Assembly: GCA_045541195.1 (NCBI GenBank)
Contig: JAZQIQ010000016.1
Span: 18,264 to 82,263, forward strand
DNA length: 64,000 nt
Source: Acetatifactor sp.
Lineage (GTDB): Bacteria; Bacillota; Clostridia; Lachnospirales; Lachnospiraceae
Direction: 5' to 3'
In this document: piece after piece, positions 19,744 through 29,434 of the stretch
Numbering within the stretch: position 1 is the first letter of the stretch
Layout: every line of letters starts with the position of its first letter
Notes under the pieces: model-generated
What the model was told of the DNA's origin: nothing
What the model saw: the letters and a program-made list of their open reading frames with translations, nothing else
Databases searched by the model: none
Position numbers and translations under genes: made by a program

Positions 19744-21123
19744 TTAGAATCTGAAATATAAGAAGGGACTAAAGCCGCTTCCAATCATATATGCGATTGC
19801 AATAATAAATAAGATAATTAAAATAATATCTACAATGACAGGATGTTTCACCTTAATCTTACTTGTCCAAGGAATTGAGAATATAATTCCGCAAAGGATA
19901 CATAAAATATATCTCTTATTCATTAATGGAATTAAATCGTTAATGGAGCTACTGTTTACGGTAAACATATTCTTTATATATATAAGTGCGCTTGTTAAGT
20001 TCTCAGCTCTGAAGAATACCCAGCCGATAATGATAACGAAAAGAGCGTAAACATGCTGTAGTATCTTAGGAATTTTTTCAAGAAGTTTTCCTAAGAATAG
20101 TCGTTCTAAAACAAGGAAAACCGCATAATACAATCCCCATACGATAAAATTCCAGCTTGCACCATGCCAGAATCCGGTAAGGAAAAAGACAATGGTGAGA
20201 TTAAGATATGCTCTGAGTGGTTTGCAGCGGCTTCCACCCAAAGGAATATATACATAATCTCTAAACCAAGTGGATAAAGAGATATGCCAGCGACGCCAGA
20301 ATTCCTTGATAGTCTTGGAAATATATGGATAATTGAAGTTGTTAACAAACTCAAAACCAAATAGCTTTCCTAAACCGACTGCCATATCAGAATATCCGCT
20401 GAAGTCAAAGAAAATCTGCAGGGAGTAGCTTATGGCTCCAATCCAGGCACTGGGAGCAGAGATACCGTTTACGGCAAAAATGGAATCACATAAGGACGCC
20501 AACTGATCCGCAATCAGTATTTTCTTGCAAAAACCAATGATAAAGAGCTTTACGCCGTCATATATTTTAGTAGCGTCAATGCTTCTGTTTTCTAACTGCT
20601 TTTCAATGTCAATATATCGTACGATAGGACCGGCGATGAGCTGTGGGAAGAGAGATATATATAGGCCCAAATTCAGTATGTTTTTCTGCACTTCCGCATC
20701 ACGTCTGTATACATCAATTACATAGGACATAGCCTGGAAGGTGAAGAAGGAAATACCAACAGGCAATGCAATATTCTTCAGTGTAAAATTCGCTCCCAAA
20801 ATCTGGTTTACATTAGTGATAATAAAGTCTAAATATTTAAAATAAATCAAACAGGCTATATTACTCACTATGGTAAGTGCCAATAAGGATTTTGTTATGC
20901 CAATGCGTCCCTTATCCAGGAAATGGTTGATTAACAATGCCAAAATATAATTCAATGAAATAGAAGCCAGCATCAGGAGTAAGTACTTCGGCTCTCCCCA
21001 GGAATAAAAGAACAGAGAGACAATGAATAACCATATATTCTTTAAACGCTTGTCGCAAATATAATACATTGCCAAAGTAACCGGCAGAAATATAAATAAA
21101 AATATAGTGGAACTAAATACCAT
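19744..21123 (-). CDS. MBOAT family O-acyltransferase (AlgI/PatA/DltB-like)
   Basis: MVFSSTIFLFIFLP, LPVGISFFTFQ, FPQLIAGPIVRY, DFSGYSDMA, EFWRRWHISLSTWFRDYVYIPLGG, TGFWHGA. Confidence 0.95.
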   Translation of the reverse strand: MVFSSTIFLFIFLPVTLAMYYICDKRLKNIWLFIVSLFFYSWGEPKYLLLMLASISLNYILALLINHFLDKGRIGITKSLLALTIVSNIACLIYFKYLDFIITNVNQILGANFTLKNIALPVGISFFTFQAMSYVIDVYRRDAEVQKNILNLGLYISLFPQLIAGPIVRYIDIEKQLENRSIDATKIYDGVKLFIIGFCKKILIADQLASLCDSIFAVNGISAPSAWIGAISYSLQIFFDFSGYSDMAVGLGKLFGFEFVNNFNYPYISKTIKEFWRRWHISLSTWFRDYVYIPLGGSRCKPLRAYLNLTIVFFLTGFWHGASWNFIVWGLYYAVFLVLERLFLGKLLEKIPKILQHVYALFVIIIGWVFFRAENLTSALIYIKNMFTVNSSSINDLIPLMNKRYILCILCGIIFSIPWTSKIKVKHPVIVDIILIILFIIAIAYMIGSGFSPFLYFRF

Positions 21124-21124
21124 A

Positions 21125-22708
21125 TTACTTTCTCTCTCCTACATAATGAATCATTAATGATAATGCGCGTGGGTCATCACCCAGTCCCAGTTCTTCCGGG
21201 ATAAAAGAAGCATCACAGAAGATTTCAATTTCATGAATGTCTGTATCTGCTGTAAAACAGTCAGAATCATAATTCAGCTTTAAGGGGCCTGCTTCGGATA
21301 CGGTTACAGTATCCAGTTTTGTCTGGTTATCATATATATTAAGGGTGATTGCGCCCTTTTCAGTCAGGTACTCATGAATGTTTAATTCAATGCTCAGTCC
21401 ATTTTTTGAAATATTAGGATTGTCCAGTGTTACACGGTTACTTTCCTGGGCCCAGGAATAATCTCCTTCAAAGTCCCAGTATCCTTTCGTGCTTTCCAGG
21501 CCTGTTTTTGCAGCTGCATCAAAGTTACTACAGTATGAGGGCTGTGAACTCTGTCCCGGAGTATAGGTATCAAGGAATTCGTCCAGATAATCAACAAAAC
21601 CGGAGGAGTATTTCACAATAGAAGCTTCCTGTAATTCAATAACAACAAAGTCTGATTCGTCCAGATAAGATCCTAAATCCAATTCTTCCCAAGCATCGAA
21701 AGATGTATATCCGGTCTCATCCAATACATAGACATCATAGTTAATGTAGGTAAGATCGTCACTCTGATACAATTCAAAGAAGTCTCTTCTAAGACCCAGG
21801 GCAAAAGAGCCACCCTGTAAAAGTACTCTTGCTTTATCATATGTCTCCGGGAACTCCCGCTCTGTTTCATATTCATAAAATGTAACCTCCGGATAAGGAG
21901 AGAATACATTTAATAAATCGTAAACATCTGTATCTCGCCAAAAAGGTTCTTTGCTTTCCTGCATGTCTGTTAAAACAATATCTCTAAAATCCTTACCGGA
22001 AATGTTTTCCAACAAACTCATTACAGCCTTGGAAGTTTCCTGCTCTAAAGGACGGGACCAGTGGATTCCGGTAGAGTAAAATGCAGGATACCCAAGCGTA
22101 GGAATCAAATCCGCGCTGTCCAGGTAGGGAATACTTGTCTGATTCAGTAGTTCGATTAAGTAGTCTTTGGCACGTAGAACCGATTCGTCCTGCTGTGCAT
22201 AGTATCGTAGCGGGATATCTTCAGAGGCATAAGAGCCTTTTGATGCGGTAAAATAAACAACAAGCTGTTTGTCATGCACTTTTAACTTGTTTTGGATATT
22301 AACCAATTTTTCTGCATATTCTGCAAGCTCTGCCTGATTCTCGGAACCGGCATAGTTAAAGTCATCCAGAGCCAAAGCATCTGCAACATAATCGTCCTCG
22401 AAAATATTGTTATTTTTTCCAACAATACGGTTACCTAAATCGAAACAGGAGAATTCAATCTGATTATATAATTTGGTCATGAAAGCACGAGGCATTAAGG
22501 TTTTGTTTAACCAATTCTCATAATCGGTCTGATACTCTCCGTTAATGTAGGACTCCATGGTTAGCTCGGGGATTTTGACTTCATCAAAGAATCCGTTGAG
22601 TGTAGTGTCCATTCTTTGCCCGGAGACAAAGGAAAGTACCGACAAAATAAAGGGACAGTATATGATGATTATAAATAAAATAATAATGATTTTTTTTGAC
22701 AATTTCAT
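21125..22708 (-). CDS. AlgJ/AlgX-like SGNH O-acetyltransferase with C-terminal beta-sandwich
   Basis: N-terminal TM anchor, YENWLN, TGIHWS, LQGGSF; cotranscribed directly upstream of the MBOAT. Confidence 0.72.
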   Translation of the reverse strand: MKLSKKIIIILFIIIIYCPFILSVLSFVSGQRMDTTLNGFFDEVKIPELTMESYINGEYQTDYENWLNKTLMPRAFMTKLYNQIEFSCFDLGNRIVGKNNNIFEDDYVADALALDDFNYAGSENQAELAEYAEKLVNIQNKLKVHDKQLVVYFTASKGSYASEDIPLRYYAQQDESVLRAKDYLIELLNQTSIPYLDSADLIPTLGYPAFYSTGIHWSRPLEQETSKAVMSLLENISGKDFRDIVLTDMQESKEPFWRDTDVYDLLNVFSPYPEVTFYEYETEREFPETYDKARVLLQGGSFALGLRRDFFELYQSDDLTYINYDVYVLDETGYTSFDAWEELDLGSYLDESDFVVIELQEASIVKYSSGFVDYLDEFLDTYTPGQSSQPSYCSNFDAAAKTGLESTKGYWDFEGDYSWAQESNRVTLDNPNISKNGLSIELNIHEYLTEKGAITLNIYDNQTKLDTVTVSEAGPLKLNYDSDCFTADTDIHEIEIFCDASFIPEELGLGDDPRALSLMIHYVGERK

Positions 22709-22756
22709 TAGATTAATGCTCCATATTTTATAAAATTACGATACAAACCATCTTAT

Positions 22757-22786
22757 ATAATGGCATAAATAGACGAGACTTGTCAA
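22757..22786 (-). promoter_or_regulatory. Promoter for the AlgX-like/MBOAT operon
   Basis: Minus strand TTGACA-N18-CATTAT with TG extension. Confidence 0.5.
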
Positions 22787-22895
22787 TGTGTTTGTCCTTT
22801 CTCTGTGGTTAAGGTTTTGGAGATTGGCTATTGTTGCGGGGAGAAGAGTATGATAGACTTTGGATATATAATAAAGTTCAGAAGGCGAGTGTGTA

Positions 22896-24017
22896 ATGCA
22901 GATACGAAAGAATGAGAATAATAAGATATATTGCATAGACGGATTAAAGGGAATCGGTGCATGTTTGATTGCATTTGTATGGCATTACCAGCATTTTGCA
23001 CCCCAGGCAGGTTCTCCGTTTTATCGTTTGTTTTCGCTTTTTTATGACCGCGGAGACCGGGTTGTAGAGCTGTTTTTCTTATTATCCGGCTTGGGGATTG
23101 CCCTGGGCTATCAGAAGAAGATTTTAGAAGGGAAGATTTCCTTCAATAAGTTTATGTTTAAGAGAGTGGAGAAGCTTTTCCCCTTAATGTGGCTTACCTT
23201 ATTGATAACCACAGTATTGCAATTCGTTCATATAGCTCTGAACGGAGCTACTTTTGTTTATCCCTATTTTGATTTGTATCATTTTGTTCTGAACGTATTT
23301 GGATTACAGAATACATTTATTGGTATGCAATGGTCCTTCAATTCGCCCTCGTGGTGTATCAGTATACTTTTGGTTTGCTATGTTCTCTATTACATGGTGG
23401 TGAATGGAAGCAGGGGGAAAGAGGAAGGGTATCTCTGGCTGAAATATGTGGGAATCAGTCTTTTGGGAGTGATGATTTACATCTCCAGACTGGATTTTAC
23501 AATTATTAATCCTATCATTGGGCGGGGCTTATCCTGTTTCTTTTTGGGAGTATTGATTGCTGGAATATATGAGCAGAGGGAGCGGTTGTTTACACAGCGC
23601 ATTGGGTATCTTTGCCTGGTATTTTTAATTGCCTGTTGGCTGCTGATTCGAAGATTTGGATATCAGGTGTCCGGTGATTTTGATTTACTGGTAATATTGG
23701 GACTGGTGCCTGCGGTGGTAATATGTGTGCTGTTTATACCGTGGCTGAATAAGTTTTTCTCTCTTGCTCCGTTTGTGTATCTGGGGAAGATATCCTTTGG
23801 CATATATTTGTGGCATTTTCCGGTACAGTGTGTGTGGAGGATTGCAGAGCTCTTACTGGGCGTTTCCGTTAATTATTCCAGCAGAGTTATCTGGTTATTA
23901 TATGCTTTGTCTGTGCTTGTGGTGGCAACGTTGTATGATGAATTGGTACAGAATGGTGTCAACAAAGTGTGGACGTTATTTTTGCGTGGAGACACCGGGG
24001 AAAAGAATGGAGAGTAG
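22896..24017 (+). CDS. Acyltransferase family 3 (OafA/OatA-like) membrane protein
   Basis: IDGLKGI, VELFFLLSG, KRVEKLFP, NSPSWCIS, LGKISFGIYLWHFP. Confidence 0.9.
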   Translation: MQIRKNENNKIYCIDGLKGIGACLIAFVWHYQHFAPQAGSPFYRLFSLFYDRGDRVVELFFLLSGLGIALGYQKKILEGKISFNKFMFKRVEKLFPLMWLTLLITTVLQFVHIALNGATFVYPYFDLYHFVLNVFGLQNTFIGMQWSFNSPSWCISILLVCYVLYYMVVNGSRGKEEGYLWLKYVGISLLGVMIYISRLDFTIINPIIGRGLSCFFLGVLIAGIYEQRERLFTQRIGYLCLVFLIACWLLIRRFGYQVSGDFDLLVILGLVPAVVICVLFIPWLNKFFSLAPFVYLGKISFGIYLWHFPVQCVWRIAELLLGVSVNYSSRVIWLLYALSVLVVATLYDELVQNGVNKVWTLFLRGDTGEKNGE

Positions 24018-24021
24018 ATGT

Positions 24022-24060
24022 AAAAAGAGCATTTACGCTAAGGCGTGAAGGCTCTTTTTT
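24022..24060 (+). terminator. Intrinsic terminator
   Basis: AAAAAGAGC-ATTTACGC-TAAG-GCGTGAAG-GCTCTTTTTT. Confidence 0.75.
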
Positions 24061-24073
24061 ATTCGGAAAAACG

Positions 24074-24102
24074 TTGCGGACAGGAAAAAGGTGCGGTATA
24101 AT
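24074..24102 (+). promoter_or_regulatory. sigma-A promoter of the GLUG/DUF4214 gene
   Basis: TTGCGG-N17-TATAAT, RBS GGAGG at 24124-24128. Confidence 0.62.
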
Positions 24103-24133
24103 CATGAGGAAAAAGTACTATATGGAGGCACGT

Positions 24134-26872
24134 ATGAAAGTTTTAAAGAAATGTGTAGTAGCTCTTCTGATTTGTGTGATGTTAGTGATGGATAGAATTC
24201 CCACAAATGCCGGGGCAATAATATACATATCATCAGAGAGTGAGTTAAGGCAGATTGCAGATAAACCCAAAGGGAATTATGTGCTTACGAATGACATTGT
24301 GCTCAGTGACGGTCAGTGGCAGCATTTGGGATTTTTCAGCGGAACACTTGATGGAGCCGGTTATACGATTTCTAATTTGAATTCGGTGGATTATGGATTG
24401 TTTTGGGGACTGGAAGAAGGGGCTGTAGTACAGAATCTGACGATTTCCGGTACGATTAACGGAGAACCATCGTCTACCGGACTTCTGGCAGATAGTTCAG
24501 CCGGTACAATTCTAAATTGTACTTCTAAGGGAAGTATTCAATTGTGGAATGCAGCAACCGGAGGCGGACTGGTAGGATTTAACTATGGGCATATGGAGAA
24601 TTGTACCAATGAAGCGGATATTACTAACGGAGAAGGTGGTGTTGCCGGAAATAATATCGGTAGCATGGTGAATTGTGTAAATAAAGGAGATATTGTTTCC
24701 GACAGTATGCATCCCGGAGGCGTTGCCGGAATAAACAATCGCCTGATGGTTGGATGTGAGAATTATGGAAGTATCACAACTACTTTAGCAAATGAAGGAT
24801 GGGGACTTGCAGCGGGTGGTATTACCGGAAGCAACTGTGGTCTGATTTACCAATGTATCAATTCTGGAACGGTTGAACAGCCTGTAATTCGAGGCGCGGC
24901 GATTGGTGGTATTACTGGAAATATGACACACTATGCGCAGGTTATCGAGTGTGAGAATACAGGGGAATTATCTGGTATAGGCGACGTGGCTGGTATCTGT
25001 GGAGAAGCATCTTTAGATTTAGGACACTTTGATGAAAATGGCGTATTTGTAACGCACCCAGGAGAACAAATTATTGCAAATTGTAAGAATAGCGGGGCGC
25101 TTACTGCAATTAGTAAGAACTACTATTCTGCATGTGGCGCTGGTATTGTAGCTGATATTACAGTTGTAGGAGGAAAGGTCCAGATACTAAATTGTGAGAA
25201 TATTGGAAATATTACCGGTACCGGTATTGATCTGGGCGCAGACTGCGGTGGCGCAGTAGGTACGGTGCGTATGAGTGAAAACGGAGCGTTGAAGCTTCAG
25301 GGGCTGTATAATAGCGGAGCCATAACAGCGGAGGAATCATCTGCATCAGGCATTATACACTACATGCAGAACGATACAGAAGCAGATATTGAAATGAGTT
25401 TTTGCCAAAATACCGGGAATATTGTGGCGAAAGATGCGAATGGTATTGGTAGTCTATCGAATCATTGTTTGGTAGAATATTGTAGTAATCTCGGAAATGT
25501 CACAGGTGTATATAATGCCAATGGTATAACAGCGCTCACCCGTACTGGGATGAAGATTTTCAATTGTTACAATTTAGGTATTCTCACTGGTCAATGGGTT
25601 GTGGGCTTGAGTAATGGTGGTGTAGAATCGCCGTTAATGCGTAATTGTTATGTCTACGGAGAATTACAGGGCACGAATAGCGAGTATATCAGTGAGCAAA
25701 GTGGGAATCTGATTATGGAGAATTGCTACTATATGCAGCAGGAATTCTTAAATGACCAGGAAATGGGAACTGCACTTTCCGCAGAAGATATGGAGAAGCA
25801 GAGCTCTTATGTGGGGTTTGATTTTGATAATGTATGGGAGATGAGGGAGCAGAATGGTAAGATGCTTCCGGCACTGAAAATAACTCCTGAGAAAGAACCG
25901 GCGAAACTTCAAACGAATGAGCTTGCAATCCGAAAGGGTGAGTTTTTCACTGCACCTGCCACAGAAGGTACTGTGATTGAGGTTTACTCTGATAATGAAA
26001 CTGTGTTATCTGATGATAAAGATGGTAATTTGGAGGCAGTGGAATTAGGTAAGTGTACAGTGTACTGCGTATTCTCGGATGGACAGGTAATCCCTTGTAC
26101 AGTATATGTTTCCAATACAGGAAATATCCCTATAGAGCCTTCGGAAGAGATAATTGCATTTGTGGAAAGAATGTATACCGTTGTACTTGGACGTGAGGCA
26201 GAAAAGGATGGTTTGGAATTCTGGTCGGCTGCATTGGCAAATTATGAAATTGATGGTGCAGGACTTTCAGGAAAATTTGTATTAGGTTGGGAATTTATTG
26301 CAAAGGATTTGAGCGATGATGCTTTCTTGGATGTTATGTATCAGACTTTCTTTGGTAGAACCGGAGATGAGAGCGGGAAGTCGTATTGGATGAGTGCATT
26401 GTCCCAGGGAACCGAACGCCCGGCGGTTCTGGCGAGCTTTGTAAATTCAGAAGAATTCAGTGCTATCTGTGACAGATATAAGATAGCAAGAGGAACCATG
26501 CAGCCGGATGGAAGGGTAGAGTATAATAAGGGCGTTAGAGATTTTGTGCTTCGAATGTATGAAAAGGTACTTGAGCGAGATGGTGAGACAATGGGTGTTG
26601 AGTATTGGACCAACGAAATCCTGCAGGACCGTGCAACACCGGAATTCGTGGCAAAAGAGTATTTCCACTGTGAGGAATATCTGAATAAGAATACGACGAA
26701 CGCACAATATGTGGAAACACTCTATCAGGCCTTTATGGATAGAACATCCGAAGGTGACGGTAAAGAGTACTGGGTCGGTCTGTTGGAGAGTGGAGTGAGC
26801 AGAGATACGGTATTGGAAGGTTTTGCATACTCTGAGGAATTTAAAAATATCATGGCGCAATATGGACTGTAA
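24134..26872 (+). CDS. Secreted GLUG-repeat/beta-helix protein with Ig-like domain and C-terminal four-repeat DUF4214-type module
   Basis: Signal peptide MKVLKKCVVALLIC; YVLTNDIVL, FSGTLDGAGYTISNL; repeated GGxxGxNxGxxxNCxNxGxI; ends ...AQYGL; true start ATG 24134. Confidence 0.78.
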   Translation: MKVLKKCVVALLICVMLVMDRIPTNAGAIIYISSESELRQIADKPKGNYVLTNDIVLSDGQWQHLGFFSGTLDGAGYTISNLNSVDYGLFWGLEEGAVVQNLTISGTINGEPSSTGLLADSSAGTILNCTSKGSIQLWNAATGGGLVGFNYGHMENCTNEADITNGEGGVAGNNIGSMVNCVNKGDIVSDSMHPGGVAGINNRLMVGCENYGSITTTLANEGWGLAAGGITGSNCGLIYQCINSGTVEQPVIRGAAIGGITGNMTHYAQVIECENTGELSGIGDVAGICGEASLDLGHFDENGVFVTHPGEQIIANCKNSGALTAISKNYYSACGAGIVADITVVGGKVQILNCENIGNITGTGIDLGADCGGAVGTVRMSENGALKLQGLYNSGAITAEESSASGIIHYMQNDTEADIEMSFCQNTGNIVAKDANGIGSLSNHCLVEYCSNLGNVTGVYNANGITALTRTGMKIFNCYNLGILTGQWVVGLSNGGVESPLMRNCYVYGELQGTNSEYISEQSGNLIMENCYYMQQEFLNDQEMGTALSAEDMEKQSSYVGFDFDNVWEMREQNGKMLPALKITPEKEPAKLQTNELAIRKGEFFTAPATEGTVIEVYSDNETVLSDDKDGNLEAVELGKCTVYCVFSDGQVIPCTVYVSNTGNIPIEPSEEIIAFVERMYTVVLGREAEKDGLEFWSAALANYEIDGAGLSGKFVLGWEFIAKDLSDDAFLDVMYQTFFGRTGDESGKSYWMSALSQGTERPAVLASFVNSEEFSAICDRYKIARGTMQPDGRVEYNKGVRDFVLRMYEKVLERDGETMGVEYWTNEILQDRATPEFVAKEYFHCEEYLNKNTTNAQYVETLYQAFMDRTSEGDGKEYWVGLLESGVSRDTVLEGFAYSEEFKNIMAQYGL

Positions 26873-26892
26873 TTAGTTTTTGGTGGCTATCG

Positions 26893-26930
26893 AAAAAGAA
26901 GTCTCTTCCTTTTGGGAGAGACTTCTTTTT
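26893..26930. terminator. Bidirectional terminator
   Basis: AAAAAGAAGTCTCT-TCCTTTTGGG-AGAGACTTCTTTTT between convergent genes. Confidence 0.85.
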
Positions 26931-26948
26931 GTAGTGCGGTAGATTTTT

Positions 26949-29300
26949 CTATAAACCGTACGTAGCCTTAATCTGCTGGAATTCCGCACAAGCTGCAAAA
27001 CTGTTCATTACGGTCTTTCGGTCTACACCGCCTTCTAATGCAGCTTTCCATGCATCGATTCCGGCCGGATCAGCTTCACGATCCATAAAGGTCTTGTACA
27101 GAGCATTTATAAATTCTTTATCGGAAGTGTTCTTTGCTAAATATTCTCCTGACCAGAAGAAGTTTTCTGCGGCTACTTCCGGAGTACATCCGCCGCTTGC
27201 AATTGCTGTTGTCCAGCTTTCAATACCAGCTTCATCACCTTCACGTTCTAAAATTGTAGAATAAAGTCTTTCTGCAAATCGATAAATACCGGGAGTTACA
27301 GCGTTTCCATCCTCATACAGGTAGCCACGGGAGATTCCATACTCTCTACATAAGTTAAAGAACTCCGGTGAATTTACAAATCCGGCTAAAACCGCTTCTC
27401 TGCTAGCACCGCTTTCTAATACACTGCTCCAGAATGATTCTCCGGCTTCGTCAAGTTCTCTGTTGAAGTAGGTATGATATAAAATCTCAATAAATTCGCT
27501 GTTGCTATAGTTATATCCGATAAACTCAGAACCTAAAATGAATCCCTTGGAAATACTAGCTCCATCATCTACATAACTGTAAAGATTGTTCACCCAAAAT
27601 TCAACACCGCTTGGATCTGCATCACGACCAAGTGCTACGGTATACATACGCTCCACAAATGCCTTGAGCTGAGCTTCTGCAGGGTCCACAGGAGACTCTG
27701 TGGGGCTGGTGGTCGGAGCAGGAGTAGAAGTTGGGGCTGGGCTCGGAGTTGGGCTCGGAGTTGGGCTCGGAGTTGGGCTCGGAGTTGGGCTCGGAGTCGG
27801 ACTCGGAGTTGGAGTCGGGCTTGGAGTCGGAGTTGGGCTCGGAGTTGGGCTCGGAGTTGGGCTCGGAGTTGGGCTCGGAGTCGGACTCGGAGTCGGAGTT
27901 GGGCTCGGAGTTGGAGTCGGGCTTGGAGTCGGAGTTGGGCTCGGAGTTGGACTCGGAGTCGGAGTTGGGCTCGGAGTTGGGCTCGGAGTTGGAGTCGGGC
28001 TTGGAGTCGGAGTTGGGCTCGGAGTCGGACTCGGAGTTGGAGTCGGGCTTGGAGTCGGAGTTGGACTCGCCGTTGGAGCCGGAGTACTCTCGACACCACC
28101 ATTTATAACAATATATGTAACATCTTCGTACGTGACGGTTGCAGGTGGATTATCTCCTTCAATGGCGGTAACTAATAAATCACCTAAAGAAGAATTCACA
28201 TTTACTTTGAAGTATGTATGCCCATCTACTGTGAAGTAAGGAGAAGTATAGTACTGACCATTAAGCATATCGTACTTTGTATCAACTTCCATACCCTCGA
28301 AATACTTATGGATTAAATGGGAACTGCTCTGGTCCTGCGCTAAAAATGTAGTGCGGCTCTTGTTATACATTTTGTAATAATAACCATCCGGATAGTAGGT
28401 GTGATATTCTTCTTTAAGATCATTCCAGGTGGGGTCAGTTTCATACCAGGTGTCATGGAGCTTTACATAATTCCAGGCATGATTACTGCTGATTACTACA
28501 ACAGAGTCAACTCCGACTGCATTGGCGAGTATGGTTAATGCCTTGGCATAACCTGCACATACGGTACGTCCCATACAGACCATACTATAGGCGGACTGGT
28601 CGTATAGATTGCTGTTTTCATCTTCTAAATCATCGTAATCGTAGACTGTGTTTGTACACACGATGGAATGAGCAAGATGTAACTTATCTTCCGGTCGCTC
28701 TTTTGTATTAATCTGTGATACCCACTTATCTATCTGAGAGGTGAACTCTTCTGTATAGGTGGCACGGTCTGCGCCGGTCTGAAATGCATCGTATAAATAT
28801 AATGCGCCGCCTACGGCGTTTCCGTTTCCATCATGGTAGTAAGAAATTCTATTCTCCAAAAAATAATATTGAGGATTGCTGTATTGGAAGAGGAACATGA
28901 TCGTAGTAAGTCTATCTATTGAAACGGAAGTCGGAATAGAAAGCATTGGAGACTTACTGTAATCAACGTCTGAGGTAGCGCATGTCAGGCAGAATTCCTC
29001 CATATTCTTCCAGAATGCCTTCTCGTTATCATCTAAAAAATTGTAGTAATAATCACCACCGAAGCTTGTCCAGTAAGCCCTATCTTCTTCAGATATAGAA
29101 GAAGTATCATCCATCAGAGACGGTGTACTTACAAGGTCATCGATGGAAAGCTCTGTAACGGTAATGGGTTTTAAACCGGTTGGATACTGAAACTCAGGGA
29201 GTTCTTTTGTGGAAGCATAGGACGGTAAGGGAACCGAAGTCAGTAAAAGCCCTGCTACCAAAGAAAGGGTAATAGCTAGTTTTTGGAATCTCTTAAACAT
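26949..29300 (-). CDS. Secreted transglutaminase-like (Cys-His-Asp) protein with long PS/PT linker and DUF4214-type module
   Basis: Signal peptide; TVCAGYAK...NHAWNYV...WYETD; more than 110 aa of PTPS repeats; ends ...ATYGL; start ATG 29300. Confidence 0.85.
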   Translation of the reverse strand: MFKRFQKLAITLSLVAGLLLTSVPLPSYASTKELPEFQYPTGLKPITVTELSIDDLVSTPSLMDDTSSISEEDRAYWTSFGGDYYYNFLDDNEKAFWKNMEEFCLTCATSDVDYSKSPMLSIPTSVSIDRLTTIMFLFQYSNPQYYFLENRISYYHDGNGNAVGGALYLYDAFQTGADRATYTEEFTSQIDKWVSQINTKERPEDKLHLAHSIVCTNTVYDYDDLEDENSNLYDQSAYSMVCMGRTVCAGYAKALTILANAVGVDSVVVISSNHAWNYVKLHDTWYETDPTWNDLKEEYHTYYPDGYYYKMYNKSRTTFLAQDQSSSHLIHKYFEGMEVDTKYDMLNGQYYTSPYFTVDGHTYFKVNVNSSLGDLLVTAIEGDNPPATVTYEDVTYIVINGGVESTPAPTASPTPTPSPTPTPSPTPSPTPTPSPTPTPSPTPSPTPTPSPTPSPTPTPSPTPTPSPTPTPSPTPSPTPSPTPSPTPSPTPTPSPTPTPSPTPSPTPSPTPSPTPSPTPSPAPTSTPAPTTSPTESPVDPAEAQLKAFVERMYTVALGRDADPSGVEFWVNNLYSYVDDGASISKGFILGSEFIGYNYSNSEFIEILYHTYFNRELDEAGESFWSSVLESGASREAVLAGFVNSPEFFNLCREYGISRGYLYEDGNAVTPGIYRFAERLYSTILEREGDEAGIESWTTAIASGGCTPEVAAENFFWSGEYLAKNTSDKEFINALYKTFMDREADPAGIDAWKAALEGGVDRKTVMNSFAACAEFQQIKATYGL
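27729..28068 (-). repeat. Intragenic tandem repeat encoding (PTPS/PTPT)n linker
   Basis: 6/12-nt units (GGGCTCGGAGTT on +) plus four copies of a 30-nt unit GGAGTTGGAGTCGGGCTTGGAGTCGGAGTT at 27805, 27907, 27985, 28033. Confidence 0.95.
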
Positions 29301-29318
29301 ATACATTTCTCCTTTTTG

Positions 29319-29344
29319 ATTAATAGGAAATTTTTCCTATTAAT
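29319..29344. promoter_or_regulatory. Perfect 12-bp inverted repeat between -10 and RBS (candidate operator or leader hairpin)
   Basis: ATTAATAGGAAA-TT-TTTCCTATTAAT. Confidence 0.55.
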
Positions 29345-29373
29345 TGTATACCAAGTGTGTATGAAACATCAAG
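29343..29373 (-). promoter_or_regulatory. Promoter of the 26949-29300 gene
   Basis: CTTGA-N18-TATACAAT on minus strand; same motif and spacing upstream of the next paralog. Confidence 0.6.
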
Positions 29374-29397
29374 AATTTTTAGAAAATAAGTAAAAAA

Positions 29398-29421
29398 ACA
29401 CAGTGGCATGCGCCACTGTGT
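29398..29421 (-). terminator. Intrinsic terminator of the 29435-31369 gene
   Basis: ACACAGTGGC-ATGC-GCCACTGTGT, T-run follows on the minus strand. Confidence 0.8.
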
Positions 29422-29434
29422 CTTGTATTAAATC

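Noticed and set aside
19744-22708. Recent horizontal acquisition of the MBOAT/AlgX cassette
   Set aside because: Parts look AT-rich but sampled lines vary widely, hydrophobic proteins are AT-biased anyway, and there are no flanking repeats or mobility genes; needs a computed composition profile.
23969-24133. 5' extension of the 967 aa ORF
   Set aside because: Overlaps the upstream gene, its terminator and the promoter; RBS and signal peptide point to ATG 24134.
27729-28068. Possible CRISPR array
   Set aside because: Contiguous 6-30 nt units without unique spacers, in frame within a CDS; no cas genes.
27635-28239. ORFs in other frames over the repeat (poly-GLGV, poly-ELGS, poly-RAQL)
   Set aside because: Stop-free shadows of the PTPS tandem repeat; no RBS or independent evidence, and the minus-strand frame is part of a coherent multidomain gene.
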